Assembly (NCBI GenBank): GCA_012026655.1 | Contig: JAAILG010000002.1 | Span: forward strand, 1 to 64,000 | Origin: Hydrolagus affinis | Lineage: Eukaryota | Length of the DNA: 64,000 bases | Reading direction: 5' to 3' | Shown: one piece after another, positions 1 through 12,316 of the stretch | Position numbering within the stretch: the stretch's first letter is position 1 | Layout of the letters: every line of letters starts with the position of its first letter | Translations under genes and position numbers: made by a program | Notes under the pieces: generated by a model | The model's input: the letters and a program-made list of their open reading frames with translations, nothing else | Told to the model about the DNA's origin: nothing | Databases searched by the model: none

Positions 1-524
1 GCACAGACTTACAGATCAGGGTGAGGAGGGAGCAAAGGGATCTCCAGGCAATGCACAGCAAACAGGAAAGCGAGTGCGTCAGAGCCTGAATACAAATGTT
101 TTCAAGTCCAATGTTCTTTTCTCCAGCTTTACAATTAAGCTATGCTCAATAATTATCCCACACCTCACCCCAACACCCCCATTCCAATTTGTCTTATCAG
201 GTTTATCAAGAAATAAATGATGGTCCCTTTTTAGTTTCACCTCATTTCCTTTAGAAATTCTAAACACTTTAGAATGATGAAAACAACGCACCTGAAACTG
301 TGTGCAATATTCTCGCATCCTTGACATGGGCTCAAGTGACATATGCCCTTTTGACTTAATATGTTGGTGACCAGCTACTAGGTGCTTCTAACAACAACAA
401 CAACTATGCTAACAAGCACCCATTAATATTCCACAGAACAATACACAACTTCTGTTTCTGGAGTCCTGTCAGTCTCTGGAATTCGCAAAAAGGTGAGTTG
501 GTAGCACTCTCAAAAACATGCAGA

Positions 525-690
525 GACACTATTGTATGAAAACTAGCTGCGTCATTCACCTACAAAAATACACTCACTACACTCTGCAGAAAGACCTCGT
601 GAAGCACTTTGAGACTTTTTGACGACGTGAGAAGACAATGTGATTTTTTGGTATCAAATGCAAGGATTGTTATTATTATTTTATTATTAT
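525..690 (+). mobile_element. Degraded 3' half of tRNA-derived SINE (L2-type tail)
   Basis: GTGAAGCACTTTGAGAC...TATCAAATGCAAGGATT(ATT)n matches the 3' end of the full copies in this window. Confidence 0.75.
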
Positions 691-1741
691 ACCTTACGAG
701 TCACAGCTTAACATTCCCGATCTCAGTCCCCAAGGCATCCGATGTAGTCCTGAGTGATGATGCCTCACTACCCACCACACGCCATCCAAAGGTCAGCGTT
801 TGAAACTGAAAACTGGATTTATAATTGAGAACGTAAATTCAGCCCCTATAACATCTTACAAGGAAAATGGATCGATTTATTTTTCAACGTTCTGCTTCAT
901 TCTTCAAAGCCAAATGATTGGCTTCCACATTTCCAATCAGTCAGGCAAACACGAGTGAGGTAGTGTGGGGGCATTAGCACATTTCAAACCCCTTTGCTTT
1001 CAATAATCATCGCTGAGAGTCAAGCAATTTGAAATATCCCACACTCAGCTGCACCCGTTTCAGTGTGAACTGCGTGAACTGGATGCTTATTCTTCATACA
1101 CATTTTCTAATTACGTGTGCCATGATTTTTATGCTGAAGCACATAAGAGTCAGCCCAACTTAGATTTCCTGCATCACAACTCCCTGCAGATTTCCCCACT
1201 GGTATCTCACTCTGTTAGGTCCAGATACCGATTCCCTCGACTCCTTGAAAAAATAAATGATGGCTGAAAACTGTAAGTCTGGATTATAAAACATCCTTCA
1301 ATTTGGCCGTTGAAAGCATCCTATAATGAGTGAGCTCGCCAAGCCAAATCCTGTCCTCTCAGCAAGCTTGCAAAGCCTCCAATTAAGGTTTTTTTTCATT
1401 TGGGATCCCCACTTCAGTTTTAAAACACTCTTCGATGATAGCACTGGACGCGCTTTTTAACTCCTTAATGGTCTAATATTGAACGAAAAACAAAACCATC
1501 TCTCCAGGACATCCAATACTCTGTGTGGCTCTCAAACTGATCTGATGTAATCATTTAGCCTTGATGATCAAGTTAATGAAAGTCCCAGTGAAAATAATTG
1601 CATCCAAAGCCACATGGGATATCCTCTATGTCGGTCTAACAGTCAGGATATTTGTCATTTGTGATTAAGCACCACTCTAACTTTGATTCGCTCTGTTTGA
1701 AGAAAGCTTTGCAATTGCGATGCACTGTATGCTGGATTCCA

Positions 1742-1788
1742 TTCCTTTTAAATGAATGCAATACACTGGAACATTCATTTAAAAGGAA
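1742..1788. repeat. Perfect 17-bp inverted repeat with 13-nt loop
   Basis: TTCCTTTTAAATGAATG (1742-1758) / CATTCATTTAAAAGGAA (1772-1788). Confidence 0.9.
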
Positions 1789-1920
1789 CACGGGCTAACA
1801 AGTCCAATTGCATGCATTCCCACTCGTGTTATAGTATCTCATGCTCTCTGTAACTCAATCCCAAGAGCACCTCCGGCTTGCCCTCACCTTTCCCCTCCCT
1901 GCCTGAAGACCTACATTTTT

Positions 1921-2244
1921 GGAATCTTGTAGCTCAGTGGTTGGATCACTCACCTTACAAATGAGAGACATGGGTTTGATTTTAGGCCGGACGAAACCTT
2001 GGGTAAGTTTCTTTACTCCACTCACATGATAAAAATCACTCCAAAAACCCCAATAACAAATTGGTCATTTCAATCCACAATTTTTTTTAATCCTTTTTAT
2101 ATGTACCAAACAGTGCATAATTGGCTGCCATGTTTCGCCCACATATATACAGTCAACTCACTTTACATTATGTTCTGTGAAGCACTTTTGAGATGTCTAG
2201 AAGATGTGAAAAGTGCTATATAAAATGCAAGAATTATTATTATT
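1921..2244 (+). mobile_element. Full-length young tRNA-derived SINE (short-centre subfamily)
   Basis: A box TAGCTCAGTGG, B-box-like GGGTTTGATT, CCTTGGGTAAGTTTC central motif, AATTGGCTGCC body and ...TATATAAAATGCAAGAATTATTATT tail. Confidence 0.93.
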
Positions 2245-2457
2245 GATTGCACTTATGGTCAACTTCCCTCACTTCCCAGTTACAAAGAACACAGCACAGA
2301 AACAAGATGTTTTGGCATCAACCAATCTGTGCCAGAGATAGATACGTGAAGCTCTCTGAGATGTCCTCATGGCATGAAAGGCATTCTAGAAAAGTGAATC
2401 ACTGTTGCTGTCGAATGTAAATAAATGGTATGCTCTTACATAATAACATATGCATTT

Positions 2458-2607
2458 GCAAGGCGAAAAAAGACCAAGGTCCATCTAGTTCGCCTTCCAT
2501 CATTCTGGCAATCGCTTGACATGTTATGTATACTGTATTCTGAAATACTATTTTCTAGGCAGAAATCTAATTAATCTAATCTAGTCTAATCTAATCTGTT
2601 CTTGAAA
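2458..2607 (-). mobile_element. CR1-like LINE 3' end fragment
   Basis: AAGACCAAGGTCCATCTAGTTCGCCTTC terminal stem-loop region and TCTAATCTGTTCTTGAA (reverse: TTCAAGAACAGATTAGA, the FK.RLD ORF2 end); similarity from memory. Confidence 0.55.
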
Positions 2608-5071
2608 CAAATGACGATAAAATAATCCTTGCATTACATTTTCTGTTTCCACTTTCTCCTCTGCCTCACACAAACATGATGTAGCACAAATAAATATACT
2701 GCCTGCTCAGGATGTGAGAAGAAATACACTTCAGATGCTGACACTGCACTTCTGCCGAGAATCTAACCAAGTGACACGGCTTGAATCGATAGAATGGATC
2801 ACAAACGTAGCTCGCAGATCTACATCTTAGTTTAGCACTGGAGCTCAAAGCAGAAGTGTTTTTTTTTGCAATATTACGGAATACATTGGAATCCCATTAT
2901 GTGCAATAGATCAGTCAGATGAAAAGATAATACACAGTCTGTAACTAGATTGCCATTTAATAGGCTTTGCTATCTGAACACCAATCTACTCAAACTTTTG
3001 AGACAAAGAAAGCTTTCCTCCATACTGTGCAGACAGTGGGTGAAGCCGAGAGTCTGTGTGGAATTGGTAATTCCAATCCAATTCTCAAATTGTGTGGCGT
3101 AGAGGCCACCCGTAGAAAAAAACACACACAAAAAAAATGATTACAAGAGGAACATGAATTTAGCTTAGAGCGAGAGAAAAGAAAACTCCCACACAGATTT
3201 TATTTCAAAGGAAATAAGTTCAGTGTTCTGTAGTAACTGATGAAATCTTAATACAATATTCATGACTTTCATTATTTTTCTCAGCAACATTTTGAAGCAA
3301 ATTAGGTTTTTGAAGACAATAGAAAAAAAAAGAAATCTTAAAGGATCTTTGTAGTGGCGTGATTTATCCTGCCCCCTCCGAACCTCCCCCACAACAAACA
3401 TGTATAAAGAATCTTATCATTTGATCGCAGGGAGAAGCCTATTTGAATGAGTAAGAGGAAGAGACAGGTTTTGCAATGGAAAACCATCTTTTCTGAGTGA
3501 TGGTTCTAAAACATAACACTTTTGTTGGAATGAATTGGATGTCATGAATATTTTTCTGGTTTTGTACTTTTTTTTCCGTCTTTCATTTCACACTGACCGA
3601 CTCCAAGATTTATGGAAGCTGAAACTGAGTCATTGTGAGTGAGCTTTGAAAGAAGGGCTTCTATTGTGGCAACTAACGTAGTTAAGATTTTTTTTATTGT
3701 CATCGTTTTAATTTATAATAAGTTATATAGTACTGTACTTCCTTCTTTTTACTTTCTTACCTTTCATTTTATTAGTCACATTTAGAACAAAGCAATAATA
3801 ATAATAATAATATTCCTTGTATTCAATTAGATACCTCATTAATCCAGTCAAGGGACTGGGCAAAAGTGACTTGCTCAGTGGGGTGACCTGATTACTGAAA
3901 CAGTTCAGGTGATTCAGGTCACTGATGTAATGTTAAGGGCATTGGCAGTGGGCAAGGGTGATGAACATTCAACAACTATACCTTGCACTCTCATTAAAAT
4001 AAGGACATTGTCACATTTAAAACAAAAAGCTGTCATGTATTCAGCCTACCCTTTGAGAATGCATCTAACTTGTGTTCTGCCAATGCCATAGATCACAGTT
4101 AACTGTCTGCGACTTTTGCCCTCACTACTTTAGCCCTCTCTCACAACTCCTTCCATGTTGGCATGTTTACAACTCTTACCAAGAATTGGCCGCAGGAGCT
4201 CAGGTTAGGAGCTGACGAAGGGTAAAGCTTTAAGACCGGCGAGTGCAAATAGTCAGCTTTCCCAATAACCGAGGAGAAGAATCTTGTTGCATCTGATCTA
4301 GCAATAGATATTAGTAGAAGCCCATAATCTACACAGAAACTGTATTTCAGCATTAAACAACACAGTCAATACACAAGAGGTAAAAGGCAGAACGGACCAC
4401 CAGAACTTCAAAAACTACTTAAAATATTTACACGGTGCATTGGACCCTTGCGCGCCAGGAATTCAGTCAACTATGCAGATTTTTTGTAAGCAACATGGGA
4501 ACTGGTGAACAATCTGTTCTCACTGTTCTGTTTAGTGGCCTAGATGCTTAAAATACAAAACCACAATATCTGGGCTTTACTGAAACAGGGGCTGGACTAC
4601 ATTCAGTTCTGACTTTTGATGTTTTCCATACCAAACTCTTGGTCTGTTACATATCAGCACATATTTTGGATGTCAGTCTTTTGAATAACCAAGCAGGAGG
4701 TCTGCAAACTGCCAGTCTGTTTGATTTTGAACTTCTGGTTCGCCTTGCTCATGTCTGTCATGTGTTACTGTTTGGTGCATATGAAAATAATTTAAAATCT
4801 AGAGCCCTGATAATATCAAATGTAGTTAATTTGACCAGAAGGATGAGAAAACAGATCAGAAAAATGCATCATTTGATCCACGTTCAGTGCTTAGAGGATC
4901 AGTCCCATTGTAAAATTTCTTTTGAAACCGTTTTGAAATACACTGTTGAGGTTTGTACCATAAACCAACCAGATAAGACATTGAAATTGGGGATTTGGGG
5001 ATTTTATTACAGTACGAGCATTGCACATCAGTCAAATTGAATTATACATAATTCTTTATGGAGTATTTCTT

Positions 5072-5430
5072 ATAATAATCCTTGCATTTGATATAGCGCC
5101 TTGTCACACTGCAACGGCTCAAAGCACAAGCTTTCTGTAAAGTATGGCAACTGTGCAGTTGGAGGCAAAGGGCAGCAGTTAAAATGTGCACAGCAACCGA
5201 CCACAAACAGCTCTGAAATGAATGACCGTTGCTCTGTATCTGAGGAAAGATGACCAGAGAAACTTTAGTCGCTTCTGAATAGCACTATGGGGTCTTTAAC
5301 ATCCATCAAAACAGAAAGACATCACTTCAGTTTAATCCTAAAGAGAGTGTCTTCAACAATGGAACATTTCCGAGCAACACAGTCCTTGCCAAAACATCAT
5401 TGCAAGTGCAATTTCTTGATGAACTCAGAC
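5072..5430 (-). mobile_element. Old Deu-domain SINE (SacSINE/AmnSINE-like)
   Basis: Reverse tail ATAATCCTTGCATTTGATATAGCGCC, plus GAATAGCACTATGGGGTCTTTAACATCCA, the reverse of the Deu-domain motif TGGAYGTAAAAGATCCCATGGCACTATT. Confidence 0.75.
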
Positions 5431-7664
5431 ACTGTCACGTTTTGGCGGTCTAATTTTTCATTATTGCCAGAAAGGAGAGAGTTGTATTGTGATGATCTGA
5501 GGAAGAAAATATGTTTCACTTCAAAATCGCAGAATATTAACCTCAAATTTGTTTAAATCAGATTTGCTTAATTTGACATTACAGTGCAGAGCAAATGGCA
5601 TAGACTTCGAAAGAACAAATTGGTTAATTTGTCAGCCGGTTATCAGTCAACGCAAAGCCGTCGAATTCTTGTACAAAGTGGTTTTGTGGCTTCCACGAAT
5701 CAATAATTTGTCAAACTAATGAAAAGACAAAATGTTCAAGAAACCTTGACTTGCTAAAACAGAAAGCAAAATGTGTTCACTTCACCCTAATTGGACTCTA
5801 AGCTTGACGCAAATGATAATCATACAGGGAAAACTTAACCCACCAAGAACATATCTCTGTAATTGAATTTTTGTAAATAAGCTGGTATTTGTGATAATGC
5901 AAGTTGGTGTTAGATAATACAAATTTACATTTATTTAGCACCTTACACTTTGGGAGGATGCTTAAGGCACATAACAATCCTGCCTTGGCACCCGAGAAAC
6001 ATGTGTGAGATGACTCACATTACTGTAAGGCCAACTATTCATCCACAGGTCATATAAGGGTACACAAACCTGCAGGGTACACCATCACAAGAGAAGACAA
6101 TTCTGTATTGACTAGATGAGAGAGCGTTCTTGTATCTCGGTTCTTCAGTGGAGCCAATGTAAAAGACTTTAAGAAAAATCTAAACTGGAACATGGTGGTA
6201 AATCAACAGAAGCTTATTCTACGCTCCAATGAGAAAGTTGAAGACCCTAATGTTCTTGAGGCAGTGGCACTGTTTGACCTATTATGCTCAGCTCACACTC
6301 TCTTAATGTGCAACCACACAAGTCAGCTACGTCTTGCACTTTAAAGAGCAGAGACTAACGGAGAATACACAGGGCTTGAAGAATGAACAAAGTTCACGGG
6401 GTTCCTGAAATGCATCTTGATAACACAGCACGTTTCCCAATTGTTATTAATGTGCATATACCCACACACTGCCTATATCTGAACACATTTGTACAGAAAA
6501 TATTCTAATAAAAACATAGACTGTGAAACCTCAAGTTATTTTTTCAGATCAGCGGTTATGTCACTTACTTTGTGGTCAGTTGAGCTTCTAAGTTGTCAAC
6601 AAACTGTAGTTTTCTCTCCATTGATAGATTGTATTAGATCCTAATGACTATAATTGGGATGCCTTCAGCAGAGTTAAATTATTTATCAGGTGGTCTATCG
6701 CTAAAGGATTCATCTCCCTACGTGAAAGTCGCTATACAAATGTAATTTAGTCGTTGTTGAAAAATTGGGTCCAGTTTCTCTTGCCCTCATTTCTCCTAAG
6801 TCGCCTTCATATTTAATATCTATACATTCTACCACTAAAAAGATGTGGAAAAGGATGTTGTTTAGTATTCTCCACCTCTGCTGTCTTTAGGAGGTCAATG
6901 CATCATTCTCTTAGTTGATCTACATCCCAAACCCCTCAAGCATTGCTACAATCAAGCCAAGAAAGCTGATCACAATATCCGTGCGGGAAGCTGATATTCT
7001 TGCTAGTATTTACGACACTCGCAAGCCTGGTGCTAAGATGAATTACACTATCTATGTTGAATTACAGCACCTTGCTGGGTGGTTCAGCTACACACTGAAC
7101 ACTCGCTGAGCCATTGGGGAAATCTGTAAAATAATTCTTCTGAGTGAAGTTAACTATCTGTGGACAACCTTGCCTTGTGTGTTGTTCATGGATCACCTGG
7201 TAGCTAAGGCAGCAGCAATTGTCAAATCTGAAACTGGATGAGATGCTGGTCAAGATTCTTTACTACCTCATTGGCAATGTTAGACAAGTATCATCAATAG
7301 CAACCCTAATGTAATGCAGAACAATCAATGTTTAACTACACGCTGCGGCAAGAGCAGGCCAAATCTCCAATAACTAGTTACAAGTGGCATCAATCAATGG
7401 GAACAACTTAACCCCCCTCCACACCCCCTCTTCAATAGAAACCCTGAAATGAATGGACCATAAGCAGAGATTAGTAAGTCTCCGGCTAACTACAAAACTG
7501 GAGATTTGGATCCTTCCTCTGAGAAACAAGTTGGATGACCTCTTAACATATATTGATTTCTGAAAATTCTAGATGGGTCCCTTTTGTTCGATGTGAGAGG
7601 GTGCGAAATTGCATGGAATAATGAACTGATCTGAAAAAAAAAAAACACGTGCAGTACAGGGGTG

Positions 7665-7740
7665 CAGTTAAGCGCTCTGAGACGCCATCTGGCATGGAGG
7701 GCACTATATACATCAAAGTTGTTGTTGTTGTTTGTTGTTG
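7665..7740 (+). mobile_element. L2-type 3' end with (GTT)n tail
   Basis: AAGCGCTCTGAGACGCCATCTGGCATGGAGGGCACTATATACATCAAAG(TTG)n; near-identical reverse copy at 62941-63000. Confidence 0.8.
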
Positions 7741-8814
7741 GTATTAGAAAGCATAAGAGAGTTTGATCCTCAAAATGTGCCCAGCAGAAGAGAGAGCTTG
7801 AAAGTTTGGCAGCAGAAATAAGGCAATGTTCTCCAAATCTCCCAACACAGCCCGAGATCTTCAAAGGTCTCGACTCAGATCGCAAGAAAACAGTCAGGTT
7901 GTGATCCTTCCTGCAGCTGGACACTTTTCATGACAGTGGGGTTGAGCACAACTCCACAGCCAGGCAAAGGCAGAGAGTAGTCACCGAGGAGAGTAAAGGC
8001 AGGCAGTGGTTTGCTAAGTGCTAATGCTAAATCAAAATCAAACATAAATTGCATTGACTTATTGACCCTAACCCCTTGTCCCTCGGCTCCCACCTCCAGT
8101 TTGGGTACACTTTAAGGTGCTTTAAGGAGTCCTTCCAATGCAAAGGCTGCTACAAATTGTAATGTGCAATCAATTAAAACCAGTCAAGAAGCCAAACCTA
8201 GGGAATGGCTCAGAGGCTCACACCAGATGTTTTAAAAACAAACCATGTTTTCTTGACTGTTTTCTCATATTTGCATAACATGCGAGCATTTCTGTCACCA
8301 ACAATCAACTGAAATGTTTGTGTCCGTCAAGCGTAGTTTGAGCTCTGGAAGTCAGAAATCCTATTCTAATATCCCGCTGGGCTCGATTTCAAACAAAATA
8401 TAGATCTTTTGCATCCCTGCAAACATGAGCTCCTGCAGAATATTAGGTAGGTGAGATTTCTGTGCCAAGTCTCAGAAAAAGCAAACCGGCAGTACCTTTT
8501 ATAAAAAAAGGCACAAAACATCTTATGTTTATTTGCCCGTTCATTTTCCCCCAAAAAAAAATTCTGCCGATGAACTTGTAAATAATTGGATGAGTAGAAA
8601 AACGTTGTAAAAATAAATATTTTCTTACAGTTGTCTTAAAACCAATCTTGTGATAAATGACTTATCACTCTATATTCCTCTTCTCTTAAATATTACCCTT
8701 GCGCTGAACAAGGCAATCGGTAGGCAACCGTCACCCACGACTTTGCTAAACTTGCTCCAAATGGCTGCCTGACTGTTCAGAGCCTTGGGACGTCATCCCG
8801 ACGGGGGAGGGGAG

Positions 8815-8870
8815 TAACAACAACTTTGCATTTATATAACGCTCTACATGCGCAGCAGTGTCTCAGAGAT
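8815..8870 (-). mobile_element. L2-type 3' end with (GTT)n tail
   Basis: AACAACAACTTTGCATTTATATAACGCTCT...GTCTCAGAG. Confidence 0.65.
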
Positions 8871-9406
8871 CTTGATCTTGTCAATCTTGATTTCCACTCA
8901 GCGCCTTGTGATACCAAGAACGTGGTGGGGGGAAATGTGCAAACGCATGGGTACAATACTTTCCCTGCCATAACCAGCCATTGTTCATCTACTCAGGAGC
9001 TTCTCGGGTGAGATTTGGATTGCTCAAGGGTCGTTATCCCATTATGCGAGCCACTTGAGACTCATTTGCTCTGCAAACAGAACAATGACCACGTTTCTCC
9101 TTCGAATGGGTGGCATCACGTGGCTTTCCAGTGGTAACAATAGGAAATGTGGCCACCAGCCAAGGCACTTGTTTTCTCCTCACCCCAGCAGTGCTCCCTC
9201 CCGCTTACATATTATAACGGATGCCAAACAGACTCCGCACAATGGTGGCAACACTTTTCTCCGCAAGCCAGCAGTCGGGCAAGCAGAGTGGTCAATTTTT
9301 GCCTTGCATTTGTTTCACGTCTGTCAATGTGCTGTTGGCAAAAAAAACAGGCTCGAGTTTTCACTCACTAGGGTCTGAGTTTAATTCAATGCAATTTAAA
9401 AAATGC

Positions 9407-9442
9407 AGAGAGAGAAAGAGAGAGAGAGAGTGAGAGAGAGAG
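9407..9442. repeat. (GA)n microsatellite, interrupted
   Basis: Direct inspection. Confidence 0.9.
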
Positions 9443-10773
9443 AATGGATACGCCCATGAATCATGTGGATAGAGACCAACATTTTAGGACTTGACCTTGA
9501 AGGGTTGGTTAAGAAGAAGCAATCCTCTCCGGTGACCACGCTTGTATATTTTTCATCACCTAAGTGCTGCAAGACTCGACTGTTGGGATTTCAGATAACA
9601 GATACATTGAGCGGTTTCACGTCTCCTGGTTGACTGTGGCAACGTGAATAGTTACAGGTATTCTAAAGCAAACAAGTGTGAGATACACTTCTGAAACAGC
9701 ACCATCTGCCGCATTCATTGAATAGTGCCTAGAAGTATAGAAAGCACCCAAATACTGTGTACAGTATACTCAAAGACACACATACACACACACATTTCCA
9801 GTGGATAGTACATTATAACCCACCATGAGTCACCTCTTGAAACTGAGAAGGTGTTGGCTAGATCTTGTAAATATATTTTCTCATTCAGAAATGAAGCCTT
9901 TGAAAATTTTCTTAACGATTGATATACACCAGAAGAGCAGTGATTTTACACTGACCCTTCAAATAAAAAGCTGAAAGAAACAGTATTGCAAGGCACTATA
10001 TTATCATAAACAAATCCAAAGGCTTTAGATCATGCTGTGAAATAAACATCAACATTCACTTGGGATGGTAAAACCAAAGGCTTTTGTCTTGACTTCAGAA
10101 GAATAGTCAAGTATGGTTCATCCAGTTGAGAGCCGCAAAAGATCCATGAATATGCACTCTAAAAGTTTAAACACTGTGGTTGCTGGAACATCTCCTTGTT
10201 CATCTGAAGGACTGCAACTGTCAAGAACAAACCAAATCAACAGAGATTCTACTGCATTAAAGATAAACTAGTGTTTTGTCCAAGAACGCTAGTTCATTAT
10301 TCATAACTTTTCAGAACGTCTGGACACCAATAGTTGCCTACGCAGGGTGTTTCTTACTTAACTCCACGTGGAGGTGCCAAAAGAAATAATTTTCTACCCA
10401 CGATGTGATGGTTGAGCAAGCCTCTCACGCATTAGACCAGAAAGGTGCACTTAGCAGTGTACACTTCACAGAGCTCCTGTACATTAGAGCTACGCTCAGC
10501 TCTATTTACAGGAGCACACTAACTCCTCTGTTCTTGAGTAAACTAAAAAAAGCTGATGCCTGCATATTAGTACTCACAAAAGCCCATGGGTTTCATTACC
10601 CAATGGTACGTGCTAATAATTCAACATATTTTTGTTGATGGTCCTCTCGGGCGCAATTTTAGATCCCGGATCCTGTTAAGGATTTTTTTTTCTTCACAGG
10701 CACCAGGACACACACACAGAAGCGTTGTTTGCATTAACTTGTGTAGTCAAGTGCTGATGTGAATTTAACAGTT

Positions 10774-10833
10774 TCAGCCAGTTCAAATTAAGAATCAGAC
10801 AGTTCAAATTAAGAATCAGCCAGTTCAAATTAA
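10774..10833. repeat. 21-bp tandem repeat, about 2.8 copies
   Basis: Unit CAGTTCAAATTAAGAATCAG(A/C) repeated. Confidence 0.9.
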
Positions 10834-11324
10834 AAACTACCACCCTCATCAGCAGAACAACAGACAAATCTCCTTTCCCAGTCCACCCAGACAGCTTTGA
10901 AAACGAGCACTCTCTCCACCGCTAGGAACAATTGCTGAATTGTCTTCAATTCATAACTATACAGACAGATAGCAGAGCAGCATTCCTTCACATGAATTTG
11001 TGTGAAACGCAGAGTAAGAAAAAAGGTTGATCCCAATTATGGCAGCATTAGGTATCTTAAATGGCCAATCCATGAAGAGTTATGCATCGGTCTCAGTTTA
11101 CTATTATATTGCAATTTAGGGAGAGTGAAACTTAAAAGCATGCAAGTCACAGTTTGCTCGAACACTTTTTAAACTATCCGGCAGAACTTACTGCAAAGAT
11201 TTTAGTCATTATTTACATGGGAGATGTTCTTGTCAATTTTTTCTCCAATTTTGAAGAAACACTGTTGGGTAGAGGTGGAGATAGTGAAGAAAAAACAAAA
11301 CCAATAATAAACAAACAATAAATA

Positions 11325-11482
11325 GGTCATTTGAATACACGACTGTTCGTAGGACACTGCTGTGCTCAATTTCGCCCACGAATATACAGTGAATTCACTT
11401 TACAGTATATACTGTGAAGCGCTTTGAGATGCCTAGAAGACATGAAAAGTGCCATGTCAAATGCAAGGATTATTATTATTAT
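11325..11482 (+). mobile_element. Young SINE 3' half
   Basis: CACGACTGTTCGTAGGACACTGCTGTG...GTGAAGCGCTTTGAGATG...CAAATGCAAGG(ATT)n. Confidence 0.9.
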
Positions 11483-11499
11483 ACTAACACTAAATCACA

Positions 11500-11555
11500 A
11501 GACAAACTCCCGCTGACGTGAAACGCGCTATACAAATGTAATTTTGTTGTTGTTT
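11500..11555 (+). mobile_element. L2-type 3' end with (GTT)n tail
   Basis: GACGTGAAACGCGCTATACAAATGTAATTTTGTTGTTGTT. Confidence 0.7.
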
Positions 11556-12127
11556 TCTCCAACTTTCTAACATTCTCTTGCTCCTCTTCTGAAGATGTTT
11601 GACTTCCTCCTTTGACGGTGGTAGAATTCCACAAATAACAACTGTGGTTTTGGTCAGCCTGGTGACGGCACATGCAGCAACCCATCACGTTGACTAAGAG
11701 CATCCACATACAATCCACAAAACACAGAGTTCTACATACCGGTAAGTACTGTATGCCACATGCATGTTCAAATTTCCGTGTCTGGGATGGAATGTACACT
11801 CCTTCTCTCCCCTAGAGGGACCCACTTTATTTACCTAACAGGTGCATTGGGATCTGGGGAGTATTAGGTACAGGTTGGCAAAGACCAAGGCTTGGGGTGT
11901 GGTGGGGGAGGGGCGGGTGGGTGGGGGGAATTGAGGTACCTCTTGAGGTTTACTGGCTAAAACCACACAGCTTTCCAATCAGAGTAGTTACTGGCAATGT
12001 TTCGCTGGTTATCAATTGCCTGCAGGACTTCTGTCAATCATTAATCATGCTTGGGCCTTGGCATTGTATGTTCATGGTGCACCAGCAGTGTGTGTGTGTG
12101 TGTTGCTGGAACAACGACATAGCAACT

Positions 12128-12205
12128 TAGTCTCACCAATTATCCATAACCACATATCTTTCAGCCTATATCCCTGGATAGCAATCAGGACTGGGAACCC
12201 TTAAC
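12128..12205 (-). mobile_element. Fragment of ancient tRNA-derived SINE (possibly the family at 56935-57225)
   Basis: Reverse reads AGGGTTCCCAGTCCTGATTGCTATCCAG, resembling a remembered chondrichthyan ancient SINE body. Confidence 0.4.
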
Positions 12206-12215
12206 ATACCCATAA

Positions 12216-12316
12216 ACTATACAGTGAATTCATTTTAAATTGTATTCTGTGAAGCACTTTGAGACGTCTCGAAAACGTGATAAGGCGCTATATCAAATGC
12301 AAGGATTATTATTATT
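12216..12316 (+). mobile_element. Young SINE 3' end
   Basis: TGTGAAGCACTTTGAGACGTCTCGAAAACGTGATAAGGCGCTATATCAAATGCAAGGATT. Confidence 0.88.

Noticed and set aside
13-85. Possible 73-nt minus-strand exon (TATTCAG...GTAAGT)
   Set aside because: Plausible splice sites but peptides unrecognisable and no partner exon; needs RNA-seq
437-492. Possible 56-nt plus-strand exon (CCACAG...AAG|GTGAGT)
   Set aside because: Weak polypyrimidine tract and no identifiable protein
10774-10833. CRISPR-like repeat
   Set aside because: No spacers, eukaryotic context and no cas genes; simple tandem repeat
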